64,000 bases of DNA, taken from Chiloscyllium plagiosum. Its lineage: Eukaryota. The stretch lies in the NCBI RefSeq assembly GCF_004010195.1, contig NC_057719.1:30189853-30253852 (forward strand), in the 5' to 3' direction. Shown piece after piece: positions 1 to 12,929 of this stretch (within the stretch, counting starts at the first letter, position 1; the number at the start of each line of letters is the position of its first letter). A model generated the notes under the pieces. That model was not told the origin of the DNA. It did no database searches and saw only the letters and a list, made by a program, of their open reading frames with translations. The position numbers and the translations under genes are program-made.

Positions 1-932
1 TGTGATATACATAAATGATCTGGAAGAGGGCACTGTTGGTATGATCAGCAAGTTTGCAGATGACACGAAGATTGGTGGAGTAGCAGAAAGCATAAGGGAC
101 TGTCAAAGAATGCAGGACAATCGAGATATACTGGAGGGTTGGGCAGAAAAGTGGCAGATAGAGTTCAATCCAGGCAAGTCTAATTCTAGTGTGAGTTGTA
201 CAATGAACGGAAGAGCCTTGAGAAAAGGTGATGAGCAGAGAGAGCAGGTCCATTGTACCCTGAAGGTTGCTGCAGAGGTGGATAGAGTGGTCAAGAAGGC
301 ATATGGTATGCTTGCCTTCATCAGATGGGGTATTGAGTATAAGAGCAGGAAGGTCATGTTAAAAGACATTGGTTCAGCCATATTTGGAATACTGTGTACT
401 ATTCTGGTTGCCACATTACCAAAAGGATGTGGACACTTTGGAGAGGGTGCAGAGAAGGTTTCCGAGGATTTTGCCTGGTATGGAAGGTGCTAGCAATGAA
501 GAGAGGTTGAGTAGGTTAGGTTTGTTTTCATTAGAAAAAAGGAGATTGAGGGGGGACCTAATTGAGGTTTAAAAAATCATGAAGGGTATAGACAGGGTGG
601 ATAGAGACTAGCTTTTTCCCAGGGTGAAGGATTCAATAATGAGAGGTCATACTTTCAAGGTGAGAGGTGTAAAGTTTAAGGGGGATATACATGGTAAGTA
701 CTTTACACAGAGGGTGGCGGTTGTCTGGAACGCATTGCCAGCAGAGGTGGTAGAGGCAGGCATGGTAGATTCATTTAAGATGCATCTGGACAGACACGAG
801 TAGGTGGGGAGCAGAAGGATACAAATGCTCAGGAATTGGGTGACAGGTTTAGACAGTTGATTTGGATCGGCTCGGACTTGGAGGGCCAAAGGGCCTGTTC
901 CTGGGCTGTAAATTTTCTTTGTTCTTTGTTCT
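1..932 (+). mobile_element. CR1-type LINE, 3' part (RT C-terminus and 3' UTR), decayed
   Basis: YINDL..SKFADDTKIGG and [19 protein letters not shown] motifs with frameshifts; ends in a ttctttg/ttct microsatellite tail. Confidence 0.9.
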
Positions 933-1814
933 AAATTTATTATTAATTGGGTAAATGACTGCATAAATGGTAGGGGCTTGAATATAACAAAACAAAAATA
1001 AATTCTTCCTTCAAAAGGAGAAAGAATGAGAGTGATTCTAATCTATATTTATACATCTTTTAAGAGTTGCAAAGTAGCATTAGTTTTAAGGTCCTTCAGA
1101 TTTCTGGAGCAATAGTTAATGGGTGATTAGAATTAACAGTCTATGCCTGACAATTCTAAAGGTTTGTGCTTAAAAATGTAAATTATTCAACAATTTGAAT
1201 TGGGTAATTATGAAATGATAGATTTTAGTCGGAAGTGCGTGGAGAGGACACTAAACTAAATCATACAATTTTAGCTAATGCCCAGGAACAGAGTGTTACT
1301 TTTATAAGCATACAGTTCTTTGGCAGAAAATGTTGAGAAGACACTGTTTATTTTAAAAGAAACATAAAGTGCAAAATACACAAGGAAGTTATGCTAGTTC
1401 TAAATCAAAGAGTGGTTAGCTTCATCTGCACTGTATCTAATTCTCGGCATCACACCAGGAAGTGTGACAAGGCCTTTTCAGGTGGAACAGAAAGGTTTGC
1501 TGGAATCGTATCTGGTAAGAGAGACTTAAATTATCAGGTGAGACAGAAGATGTGGTTGTCCTTAGAGATGAGAATGAAGCATAAATTACGAAGGATTTTA
1601 GAAATAATGAGGAGGAAGTGTTCCCAGTGACAGAAGGTTTGAAACCACAGAACATAATTTTAGGATATTGGCATAACAGTAAGAGGTATTTTAAATTCTT
1701 TTGATCTAAAATCCATAGGCGGAAAGGGTGGTGGAAGCAAATTCAGTAATAATTTCCAAAAAGGAATTGGTAAATGTTTGAAGGAAAAACAAAAATATAG
1801 ACTAGAACTGCAAT

Positions 1815-4258
1815 TGTGTTAAGGGCTTAGCTGGAGAGGAATTTATTAATTATGTACAAGAAAATTTTGTGATTCAGTATGTGGATGTGCCTACTAGAGA
1901 AGGTGCAAAACTTGACCTACTCTTGGGAAATAAGGCAGGGCTGGTGACTGAGGTGTCAGTGTAGGAACATTTTGGGGCCAGTGATCATAAGTCTATTAGA
2001 TTTAAAGTTGTGAATGGAAAAGGATAGACTTGATCTAAAAGTTGAAGTTATAAATTGGAGGAAGGTCAATTTTGTTGGTATTAGGCAAGAACTTACAGAA
2101 ATTCTTTGGTAAAGGGACAGCTAGAAAATAGGAAGCCTTCAAAAATGAGATAACGAGAATTCAGAGGCAGTATGATCCTCTTAAGGTGAAGGGCAAGCTG
2201 ATAGGTGTAGAGATTGCTGGATGACTGGAGAAATTGACACTTTGGTCAAGAATAAGAAGGAAGCTTATGTCACATATAGACAGCAGAGATCGAGTGATTC
2301 CCTAGAAGAATATAAAGGCAGTCGGACTATACTTAAGAAGGAAATCAGGAGGGCTAAAAGGGGACATCAGATAGCTTTGGCAAATAGGGTTAAGGAGAAA
2401 TCAAAGGGATTAGATGAGATTAGATTAGATTAGATTACTTACAGTGTGGAAACAGGCCCTTCGGCCCAACAAGTCCACACCGACCCGCCGAAGGATTCTA
2501 CAAATACATTAAGGATGAAAGGGTAACTAGGGAGAGAATACGGCCCCTTGAAGATCAACAAGGCCATCTATATGAGGAGATGGGGAAGATACTAAACAAA
2601 TATTTTACATCAGGGTTTACAGTGGAGCAGGATATGGAAGATAGAGAATGTGGGGAATTAAATAGTGACATTTTGAAAAATGTCCATATCAGAGAGGAGG
2701 TGGTGCTGGATATCTTAAAATACATGGAGGTGAATAAGTTCCTGGGACCTGATCAGGTGCACCCTATAACTCTGTGGGAAGCTAGGGAAGTGATTGCTTG
2801 ACCCTTTGTTGAGATATTTGTTTCATCGATATTCACAGGTGAGGTGCCGGAAGACTAGAGGTTAGCTAATGTAGTGCCACTATTAGACAAGGAAACCTGA
2901 CATCAGTGGTGGGCAAGTTGCTGGAGGAGTCATGAGGGACAGGATTTACATGTATCTGAAGAAGCAAGGGCTGATTAGGGGTAGTCAACATAACTTTGTG
3001 CATGGGAAATCATGTGTCACTAACTTGATTATTTTGACGAAGTAATGAAGAGGATTGATGAAGGCAGACTGGTGGATGTGATCTGTAAGGACTTCAATAA
3101 GGCATTCAACAAGGTTCCTCACAATAGACTGGTTAACAAGGTTAGATCACATGGAATACAGAGAGAATTAGCCATTTGGATACAGAACTGGCTCGAAGGT
3201 AGAAGATAGAAAGTGGTGCTGGAGGATGTCTTTCAGACAGGAGGCCTGTGACCAGTGGTGTGCCACAAGGATTGGTGCTGGATCAGCTGCTGTTTGTCAT
3301 TTATATAAATGATTTGGATGTGAACATAGGTGGTATAGTTAGTAAGCTTGCAGATGACACCAAAATTGGAGATATAGTGGACAGCAAAGAAGGTTACCTT
3401 AGATTACAATGGAATCTTGATCAGATGGGCCAATGGGCTGAAGAGTAGCAGATAGAGTTTGCTTTAGATAAATGTGAGGTGCTGAATTTTGGAAAGGCAA
3501 ATCAGGGCAGAACTTATATACTTTAATGGTAAGATCCTGGGGAGTGTCGCTGAACAAAGAGACCTTGAAGTGCAAAGTCATAGTTCCTTGAAAGTGGAGT
3601 CACAGGTGGTTAGGACAGTGGAGGTGATGGTTGGTATGCTTTCCTTTATTGGTCAGTGCATTAAGTATAAGAATTGGGAAGTCATGTTGCGGCTGTACTG
3701 GACACTCGTTAGGCTACTTTTGGAATAGTGTGTGCAATTCTGGTGTCCCTGTTATAGGCAGGATGTTGTGAAACGTGAAAGGGTTCAGAAAAGATTTAGA
3801 AGGGTGTTGGCAGGGTTAGAAGGTTTGAGTTAAAGGAAAAGGCTGAATAGGCTGCAGTTATTTTCCCTGGAATGTCAGAGGCTGAGAGCTGACCTTATAA
3901 AGGTTTATAAGATCACAAGGGGCATAGATAGGGTGAATAACCAAGTCTTTTCCTTGGGGTGGAGGAGTCCAGAACTAGAGTGCACAAGTTTAGGTGAGAG
4001 GGGCAAGATTTAAGAGAGACCTAAGGGGCAAAATTGTCAGGTGTGTGTGTGTGGAATACACTGCCAGAGGATGTGGTGGAGGCTGGTATAATAACAACAT
4101 TTAAAAGGCATCTGGTTGGGAACGTGAATAAGAAAGGTTTAGAAGGATATGGGCCAAATGCTGGTAAATGGGACTAGATTAGTTTAGGATATCTGGTTGA
4201 CATGGACAGGTTGGACTGAAGTGTCTGTTTCTGTGCTAAACGTCTCTATGACTCTATA
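1815..4258 (+). mobile_element. CR1 (HER1-like) LINE, long ORF2 fragment to 3' end, decayed
   Basis: SGVPQG, YINDLD, LADDTKIG motifs; CTCTATGACTCTAT tail; interrupted by a SINE tail at about 2409-2492. Confidence 0.9.
2409..2492 (-). mobile_element. 3' tail of an HE1-type SINE nested in CR1
   Basis: (ATTAG)n array followed by the reverse complement of GGTGTGGACTTGTTGGGCCGAAGGGCCTGTTTCCACACTGTAAG, as in the copies at 23041 and 43989. Confidence 0.8.
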
Positions 4259-4759
4259 TACTAAGTTCTGGAAAAGAGCAAGGAACTGGGGCGAATTGTG
4301 CCTACTCAGTGGATAGATCCAATGTACCGGAACACCTCTTTCTGTGTGATATCATTTCAATGATTTGTAAGATGGTATTTTGAACCACTATATGTATTTG
4401 ATCAAAAGGAGAAGGCTATATACTAAAGGGTGATTGGCTGCCTTTGTGCTACAAACAAATGGCAGGTGAGGTTTTATAGTTTTATAGGTTTTGTCCTTCA
4501 TGAAGTGATTTGTACTTGCATTTTTAAAAGGCTGGAATTCATAATAAAGCTCTCCAAATTGATCCTGAGCAGATATATGTTCTATTTTATTTTACATTAA
4601 AACATAACTTCAGATAGCAAAAACTATACATTTTGTACCATCAATGAATTGAATTGTCTCTCATAGAAACATCAAAAAGAAAGAAGTTATTTACAGGTAG
4701 ATAGTGTCTTTCAGGGCAACAGGTGTATTTCATAACAAAATAAATACTTTTCAAGTGTA

Positions 4760-5090
4760 GTGACTGATATAATGTATTTAAATGCCACAGAGATGAGTGC
4801 AGAGATGCTTCAAAAACAACAAAGGGATGGATGTCCAGATATTTAGTTTTTAGAGATGTTGTTGTTTGAATGATAGCAATAGGATAAGTCAATTTGACTC
4901 TTAGAGTAGTGCCATGGGGTCTATATATTTGTTTGATAGCTGACAAGTTATTAACTTAACATCTCATCTTGAAGACTGTATGTTTAGTGTATAAATACCT
5001 CAGGACTGCATTGAAGTGGTAACCCAGACCAATTGCTTTGATCCATGACATTCTGATTGAGGTGAGCGCATGGAGTCGAGGCTGACACTG
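4760..5090 (-). mobile_element. Degenerate DeuSINE-like (SacSINE1/AmnSINE1-type) element
   Basis: Reverse complement contains GATGAGATGTTAA and CCCCATGGCACTAC, resembling the Deu domain; recognised from memory. Confidence 0.5.
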
Positions 5091-6339
5091 TAAAAGATAT
5101 TTTGCTATTCTAGTGAAGGTTCTCTCTCTTGGTTGAACATGCTTTAATAGCTGGTGTCTAAGATTTCATGTTTTGACTAAAATTATGTTAACATAGAAAT
5201 TACTGACTTGTCAGTGCTATGATCCCAAGGCTTTAGAGATTGATAATGGTATTGGTCATCACAGGTTTATTTCACTCCTGTATTCACAATTGCTTACAGG
5301 AGAAAGATATGAAGTCTGCTTGCAACAATAGCATGAAGATCTTTCCCATGATGAATCATGTTGGATTCCTGAAGGTGTGCTATAGTACTATGTCAGCTGG
5401 ATTTATAAGCATGCTTTGTACTACACCCCTATTTCTTGGATAGATAAAGTTAGTTCCAGTTCCTTGAGGATACAGTAGTATATGAATTCTTAGCTAACAT
5501 TAGACAATGAACTAATTCAGGGGTTACTAATAGTGGCCTACAAACTACCACCACAGATAACTGGATAAGGCAAATAATTTAAGTTTCACCTCATTAGCCG
5601 GAGTTGTTTTTTTTTGAGGCCATTCTTGATGTTTTTAATAGGATAATTTAAAAATTACCTATCTTAGGTTCCTGAAATGGAGTTGTTAAAACTTGAGAAA
5701 GGGACACATTACTTCACCAAACCATCTAAATAATTGCATGGGAATCTAATTCCACACATTTTCAAAGCAGTTGCAAGAAGCTTCTCAATTTGTAGAACAA
5801 CAAGCAATGAAAATATAAAGTAAATGTTTTTATTTTCAGTAATTGAGCCATTCAACATTATTATTCAGAAGGACATAATACATAGGCTGATTTTGTTTGT
5901 TTGTTTGCCAGAGACATGTAAAACTAATCCCATTGTTCTGTTCCTCTTGTCCTCAGATCTTCTATTTTTTTCTGTTTCAAATATTTATTCCATTTTTCCA
6001 TTGAATATATAATGCTCTCTGCCTCACCTATTCTCTAGTAAAACATTCTATTTTTCAACAACTTTTTGCATAAGTACATTTCTCCAAACCACACTCCTCC
6101 TCATCTTAATGATATTATGTAAATTGATTCAGCAATTAGAAATAATCTTACCATCTTCAATCGATCAAAATAAAAGGAAAGTTTTGCATTTATTAATTTT
6201 TTGCCTTGGTCAACATCAGGACATCTAAAGTGCTTTACAGCCATGAAAAAAATGTGTTCTTTTTTTGAAATGTGGGAAATGCAGCATACCATTTGCTTAG
6301 AAATGTAATAACCAGGTAATGTCTTATCATTTTAAAACC

Positions 6340-7430
6340 TTTCTTTAACCTCTCCTTCTTCACCTGAATTGCTTCCAAAGAAATTGTCAGAATCACGTGT
6401 CAAAACAGCACACTTGATTGGCACCCTATTGACATCCTTCCTCTCCAACACTGACACCATCTCTCATCAGCTGAGGTTGCCCTTTCTTCTTAACTCTGCC
6501 CCTCTCCTGAGGCATGGTGATCCTTGTGTTAAACTCTCCAGCAGATACCTAATGAGAGAGCAGACTATGATCTTCTTGGACTTTCACCTGCCCCATTTGC
6601 AGGAAGCACAGAAGCAACCTGTCAAGACTCCTTTGATAGCACCTTCCAAATCTGTGACCTTGACCGCTTATTTTCAGGAAATCCTTCAACTCCCCATCAA
6701 ATATAAACTTGGACTTCCATCTATTATGGAAGAAATCAAAGCTGTCGTTAAACACATGATGAATGGAGGAGCTTCAGAATTGGATTGGATTCTAGCAGAG
6801 ACTTTCAAACTTGGAGGAGCAGAGCTCACCCATCATCTCCATCAACCGCAAATCTGGGAGAATGGCAGGGATTTCTTCTATCTCAGGGTTGCTGCCATCT
6901 TCACCATCTTCAAGAAATTATACAAAGGTTTTCTGCGAAAATGACAGGAAACTTCCTCCTGTCAATCGTCGGGAAGATCATTGCCCAAAACCTCACTGGA
7001 CACCTTCTTCTCCCAGTTGCTGAAGAAATCCTTCTGGACAGCCAGTATGACTTCCAACAATCTGTGGAACTGTTGGCATGATTTTCTCTGCTTGACAACT
7101 CCAACATCAATGCCAGGAACAGCACAACACATTCTACATGGCCTTCATTGATCTGAGGAGAAAGTGAAGACTGCAGGTACTGGAGATCAGTGTTGAGAAT
7201 GTGGTGCTGGTAAAGCACAGCAGATCAGGCAGCATCCAAGGAGCAGGAGAATCGATGTTTCAGGCGTAAGCCCTTCCTCAGGAATGAGGCCATTGATCTG
7301 ACCAAGGTTTTCGACTCAGTCAATCAAGAAGTGCAATGGAAGACCATATCAAAGGCCAGCTGTCCAGAAAAATCAATCCACATTCTCCATTTCCTCTATG
7401 ACAAGGTGTCAGTGGTGGTCCTTACTGACT
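6340..7430 (+). mobile_element. RTE-clade LINE fragment, decayed
   Basis: ORF 6369..6944 (EEIKAVVKHM..GASELDWILAETFKLGG) and an MAFIDLTK.FDSVN RT motif split by a PLE insertion at 7157-7290. Confidence 0.75.
7157..7290 (-). mobile_element. Penelope-like pLTR fragment with hammerhead motif
   Basis: 11-bp TSD CATTGATCTGA at 7146-7156 and 7291-7301; minus strand reads CTGAGGA-A-GGGC-TTAC-GCCT-GAAA-CATC. Confidence 0.8.
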
Positions 7431-8124
7431 GTTATAACTCCAAGTCCTCCATTCTCTGCAACATCCTGGTAAATCTCTTTTGAACCCTCTCCAACTCAAT
7501 AATATTCTTCCTATAACAGGATGATCGTAACTGGACACAGTACTTCAGAAGAGGCTTCACCAATGTCCTGCACAACCTCAACACTTCTCATCTTCTATAC
7601 TCAAAGGACTGAGCAATGAAGGCAAGCGTGCTAAACTCCTTTTGTAACCACCCTGTCTCTATATGATGTAAATGTCAAAGAATTATATACCTGAACTCCT
7701 AGGTCCCTCTGTTCTACAGCACTAATCAAGGCCCTCCTATTAATTGTATAAGTCCTGCCCGTGGTTGTTATGCTGAAATGCAATACATCGCTTTTATCCA
7801 AATTGAACTCCATCTGCCATTTTCAGCCATTGACTCATTTGATCAATGTAATCTTAGTAGACCACCTTCACCATCAGCTATGCCACCAATTTTGGTGTCA
7901 TTCATAGATTTACAAACGATACCTTCGATATTCTCATCCCAATCATTTATACAAATGAAAATCAATAGAGGCTCCAGAACCAATCCCTGCAGAACACCGC
8001 TGGTGACAGGCCTCTAGTCTGCAAAGCAGCCTTCTACCACCACCCTGTCTCCTGCAGTTAAACCAATTATCTATCCAATTGGCAAGTTCACCCTGAATCC
8101 CATGTGACCAAACTTTACTAATTA

Positions 8125-8301
8125 GTTTCAAAGTGTGGCACTGGAAAAGCACAGCAGGATAGGCAGCATCAGAGGAGCGGGAGAATCTATGTTTTGGGCA
8201 AAAACCCTTCCTTGGATGCTGCCTGACCTGCTGTGCTTTTCCAGTGTCACCCCCACCTTTTGACTCTGATCTCCAGCATTTGCAGTCCTCACTTTCTCTC
8301 A
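8125..8301. mobile_element. Inverted (head-to-head) Penelope-like pLTR pair
   Basis: 11-bp TSD TTTACTAATTA at 8114-8124 and 8302-8312; the two arms are reverse complements of the same repeat. Confidence 0.8.
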
Positions 8302-8517
8302 TTTACTAATTACTCTACCATGCAAATCTTGTCAAAGGCTTTACTAAAGTTTAAGTAAATAATATCTACTGCTCTGCCCTCATCAATCTTTTTGTAACTT
8401 CCTCAAAAGACACAATCAAGTTTGAGACATGATTTGCTTCACACAAAACCATGCTTACTATCCCTAATCAATTTTTGCCGATCTAAATGTTTATAAATCC
8501 TATCTTTAAGAATCACT

Positions 8518-9060
8518 TCGGTGAGGCCACTATTGGAATATTGCATGCAATTCAGGTCTCCTTCCTATCAGAAAGATGTTGTGAAACTTGAAAGGGTTCA
8601 GAAAAGATTTACAAGGATGTTGCCAGGATTGAAGGATTTGGGCTTTAGGGAGAGGTTGAATAGGCTAGAGCTGTTCTCCCTGGAGTGTCGGAGGCTGAGG
8701 GGTGACCTTATAGAGGTTTATAAAATCATGAGGAGGGGCATGGATAGGATAAATAAACAAAGTCTTTTTCCTGGGGTCGGGGCAGTTTAGGGTGAGAGGG
8801 GAAAGCTATAAAAGAGACCTCTGGCAACTTTTTCACACACAGGTTGGTGCGTGTATTGAATGAACTACCAGAGAAAGTAGTGGGGGCTAGTACAATTGCA
8901 ACTTTAAAATACATCTGGATGGTATATGAATAGGAAGGGTTAGGAGGGATATGGGCCTGGTACTGGCAAGTGGGACTAGATTGGGTTGGGATATCTGGTC
9001 GACATGGACGAGTTGGACCAAAGAGTCTGCTTCCGTGCTATACATCTCAATGACTTTATA
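8518..9060 (+). mobile_element. 5'-truncated CR1 LINE, 3' end
   Basis: ORF 8521..8790 [38 protein letters not shown], plus CR1 3' UTR. Confidence 0.9.
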
Positions 9061-9381
9061 ACTTACCCACAACCGAAGTCAGACTCTCAGGTCTATTGAT
9101 CCCCAATTTCTCCTTACAACTCTTAAACAAAGGCACAACATTTACCAACCTCCAGTCATCAGGCACCTAACCTGTAGTTATAGATGATATAAATATTTCT
9201 GCAAGGAGCCCTGCAATTTCCTCCCTTACTTTCCATAGCATTCTGGGATACATTAGATCAGATCACAGAGATTTAACCACCTTTATATTTTCTAAGACCT
9301 CAGAACTTTCTCTTCTATAAGGTGCACTATTTTTAAAACATCAACATTCATTTTCTCTAGCATTCATTTCTTTCTCCATGT

Positions 9382-9910
9382 TGTCACAGATCTGCTAATG
9401 TTCTTAAGGATACTATGTCCTTGGTTTTTTTCAGAGGGATTGTAAACCAGCTCCTGGCTCAGGGGTGGCTAATTTGGTACAGTGATGAAAAAGGATTTTG
9501 AGAGGCCTTTTGTTTGTATGTAAACAGATGAGACTTCAGGCCAAAGAGTTGTTTTAGAAGTGACGTTTATAATGAAAGGGGAGCGGTCAGCTCTGAAAAC
9601 TGAAGCTAAGCATGAGGCAGTGCAGCAGTGGGCTGTGTGGAAACAGGCTGCTAGACACTCTCTCCTTCTGCCCTTCTAACTTCAACCTGTAGGCCTTTGT
9701 TTCATTTTTACTGTGTTTAAGGGGTTTGCTTATTGGGACTGTGGTGTATATTCGGAACAGCATTTGGATAGACTGAGTTCTGTAGGGATTCTTTATTCTG
9801 TTCTTTGTGTTTCATTGTGTAATATTGTGAAAAAATGTTTGTTTGCTTTAAAACCTGGTAGTCAACCTAGCTAACTTACTTATCGAAAGTAATTGCAAAG
9901 TTATGGTCTT
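9382..9910. mobile_element. Possible LTR-retrotransposon LTR remnant
   Basis: Starts TGTCACA where the CR1 stops abruptly; non-coding; no clear 3' CA end or TSD found. Confidence 0.3.
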
Positions 9911-12392
9911 ACGCTCTCGCTGTCTCTCTCAAACTAATCCTTCTGCCTCCCCTTGGTCCATATTCCTTCATTCCTTCAATATTCATATGCTTATCTAAAA
10001 GTCCCTTAAATTTATCATATCTGCTCCCATCACCACTCCTGGCAACACGTTGTACACTCCTAGCACACTCTGTTTTCAACCTTCTCTAATGCAAGCAATA
10101 TTCATTTGCCCTGTCTTTGTTTTCTGACCATTCTCTGCCTCATGAGATGTAACGGGTTTAGTCGAAATGCGCAAAGAAAACATGTTCTGATTAACCATAG
10201 ACCCTGGAACCAGATATAGGACTTTGGGCAAAAGTGGGTGGGGGGAATTATTAGTGAGAACGTTTTTACACAGCTAATGGTTTTGACCTGAAGCTTGCTG
10301 TCTATGTGGATGGTGGAAGCCAGGACAATGATTTTGAAATGAATTGATTAGGCACTTGGAGAAATTAATTTGCAGGGTGACAGGATGACGTGGGGAGAGT
10401 GGGACTGAATAGCTTGCTGTACAGAGATCTGTCAAAGACCTGATGGACTGAATGGCCCTCTTCTGTGCCATTATGATTCTGACTGATACTTCAAAATCTG
10501 AACAATAAATGTGCATTAATCAGTTGTGTTTTTTGATCTATTCAGTTACTTCTTAAAATAACATCTCAATTTGCCATTAACAAATTCATGCTTGTGGTCC
10601 TTGATTAACTCCTATCTTTTTCAAGACACCATGATTTTATCATAAACTATGAATATGATGAGTTTAGCCACAATTGATGTTGGGTAAAATAATCTGTCAT
10701 GACAAAGTTGTTACAACATCCATTCTTGCACCAAAATAAGAATTTTCAGAATTAAGGATTGAGCAATGTACTATGTTCTTTTCTTATTTCATCAGCTCAA
10801 GGTATTACATCATCAAGCTCTTGAGATTTTCAGCACCAGACCTCTATAGTTACATCTAATTGTTGTGTATCCTCTTCAAACAATGTATATACCAGGAAAT
10901 AATTGGGACTCTACTAGCGTAGGCATGTAGAAAATTGAGGCTTCCAGATATAAGACAAATCATAGAATTGTAACCTTCAAGGTCGTCACAGCATTTTGGT
11001 TTTGTTATCGCATGCGTCTGGGATACATTTGTGACAGCTTTCCCAAGAATAAATAGTTACTAGCCTGGTTTTTAATGAGCTTAGTTCCAAACTTCACAAA
11101 TTCATTGGGGAAAACCACCCTAGTAACATTTTAAGAACAATTGAAATGACTGTTTTTATTGTCTTTGCACAGAAGAGCCCCTATTTAGTGTTTGTACATA
11201 ATGATATTTATCTTTAATTTTTACACAAAATCTTTATGTAATCCTTGAAGAATAATATTTATTTCAATGTTGGTGCCCATCTTGCAAATACTCTTGTGCA
11301 TGAGATAATGTAATTGGGAAAGTTTTTTTTGTTTGTTTTTGTATTTGTGCTATCTTCTTGACCAAATAACTAGTTCTATACAGCTTTCTTTGAATATTCA
11401 CTTGGCATTGCTGTAAACAGAATTTTTACTGTACAACCCATGAATCCATGATGTTGTAGTAGAAGTGTAATGTATTAAGAATAAAAAAAACCATTGGAGA
11501 TGAGAACATGTTAAAGTATTGGATGAAATTGATAGAAAAGGTCAGTGTGTATTCTGAAATTGGGGAATAAAACAAATAGATCCTAGAGGAAAGAGGAAGA
11601 TAAAACTACAAAATTATCATGAAATTTCTAGCAAAAGTAGAAGGTGGCTAAAATAGATTGGGAACTTTTCAATGTAATTGCAGTTTAATATAAGGGAGAA
11701 CTGATTACTTCAGTTAAGAAGGATAAATTAAATAGTATGGCTATATTAACAACTGAACAATCTGTGCAATGAAATTTAAAAAAAAGAAATGAACTTCACA
11801 TCTGCAAAGGAAAGCGGATCTGATGGGAAGATTACAGGATGCTGAATGAGCATCAGAACAGTGCTTGGAAGGAAATACAGGGAACTACAAATAAGCATTT
11901 TGGCAGATGATTAATCCCAGTCAGAAATTATTAGAGCACCACGATGGTAAGTGTACAAAGTGAACAGTTGACATCAGCAGTGAGAGGATCATCGCAGGAG
12001 TGGTTATTTGCAGTTCTTCAATCATATATGCTGCTTTATAAGAAAGAAAACTGCCCAAAAAATTGCACTAATCTTTGTTGAGAATGTGTGATCGTCCAAG
12101 TGGACTATTGCAGGCTGTACTGGATTTACAAAAGAAATCTTGAGTGAAGGTCTTCATGAAAGGGCGCTATTAATATTAAGAGTGAAAGTTCAATGCAAAA
12201 ATTTCATATAGATAAAGAAGTCCTTGAAGACAAGAAATAAGTTGTGTGGTAGGGAATGTAAGTCAAAATTTTGAGGGAAAAGGGAAGTGAACCAAGTGGG
12301 ATGTTATTTAATTCAATGCTGGGATGTTTGTAAATCATAACCTACATTAATCTTTTAGACCCAGAAATCTAAACCAAACTACTTGATTTTAT

Positions 12393-12601
12393 AGCTGAAA
12401 ATGTGTTGCTGGAAAAGCGCAGCAGGTCAGGCAGCATCCAAGGAACAGGAGAATCGACGTTTAGGGCATAAGCCCTTCTTCAGAAGAACGGCTTATGCCC
12501 AAAACGTCGATTCTCCTGTTCCTTGGATGCTGCCTGACCTGCTGCGCTTTTCCAGCAACACATTTTCAGCTCTGATCTCCAGCATCTGCAGATCTCACTT
12601 C
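12393..12601. mobile_element. Palindromic Penelope-like pLTR insertion
   Basis: Direct repeat CTACTTGATTTTATAG at 12379-12394 and 12602-12617; inverted arms 12393-12480 and 12484-12571. Confidence 0.88.
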
Positions 12602-12791
12602 CTACTTGATTTTATAGGCATTGAAGTACTGTAGTGGGAAGGTTGTTGAGATTGATAAAATAGTTTTTAAAAAAAACTGCAAAATTTAGCATAAAATCAG
12701 CAAATGAAAGTTAATGCTATAAACTGGGCATTGAGTTTTATTTTAATACAGTTAATCTTATTTTTAACTTTATATTTTGTTTTCCTTATAG

Positions 12792-12929
<138 letters not shown>

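Larger units (their letters stand above)
7431..9380 (-). mobile_element. CR1 LINE fragment, interrupted by a PLE (8125-8301) and a younger CR1 (8518-9060)
   Basis: Minus-strand MEFNLDK...EQRDLGVQV and HGIQGELANWI motifs; sequence resumes after each insertion. Confidence 0.8.

Noticed and set aside
6369..6944. 191-aa ORF as a nested host gene
   Set aside because: Degenerate RTE LINE frame that continues through frameshifts and a PLE insertion.
1..12791. Preceding EML5 exon (SVGLD...VWDW...GHTDR type)
   Set aside because: No such sequence found by eye; it presumably lies upstream of the window.
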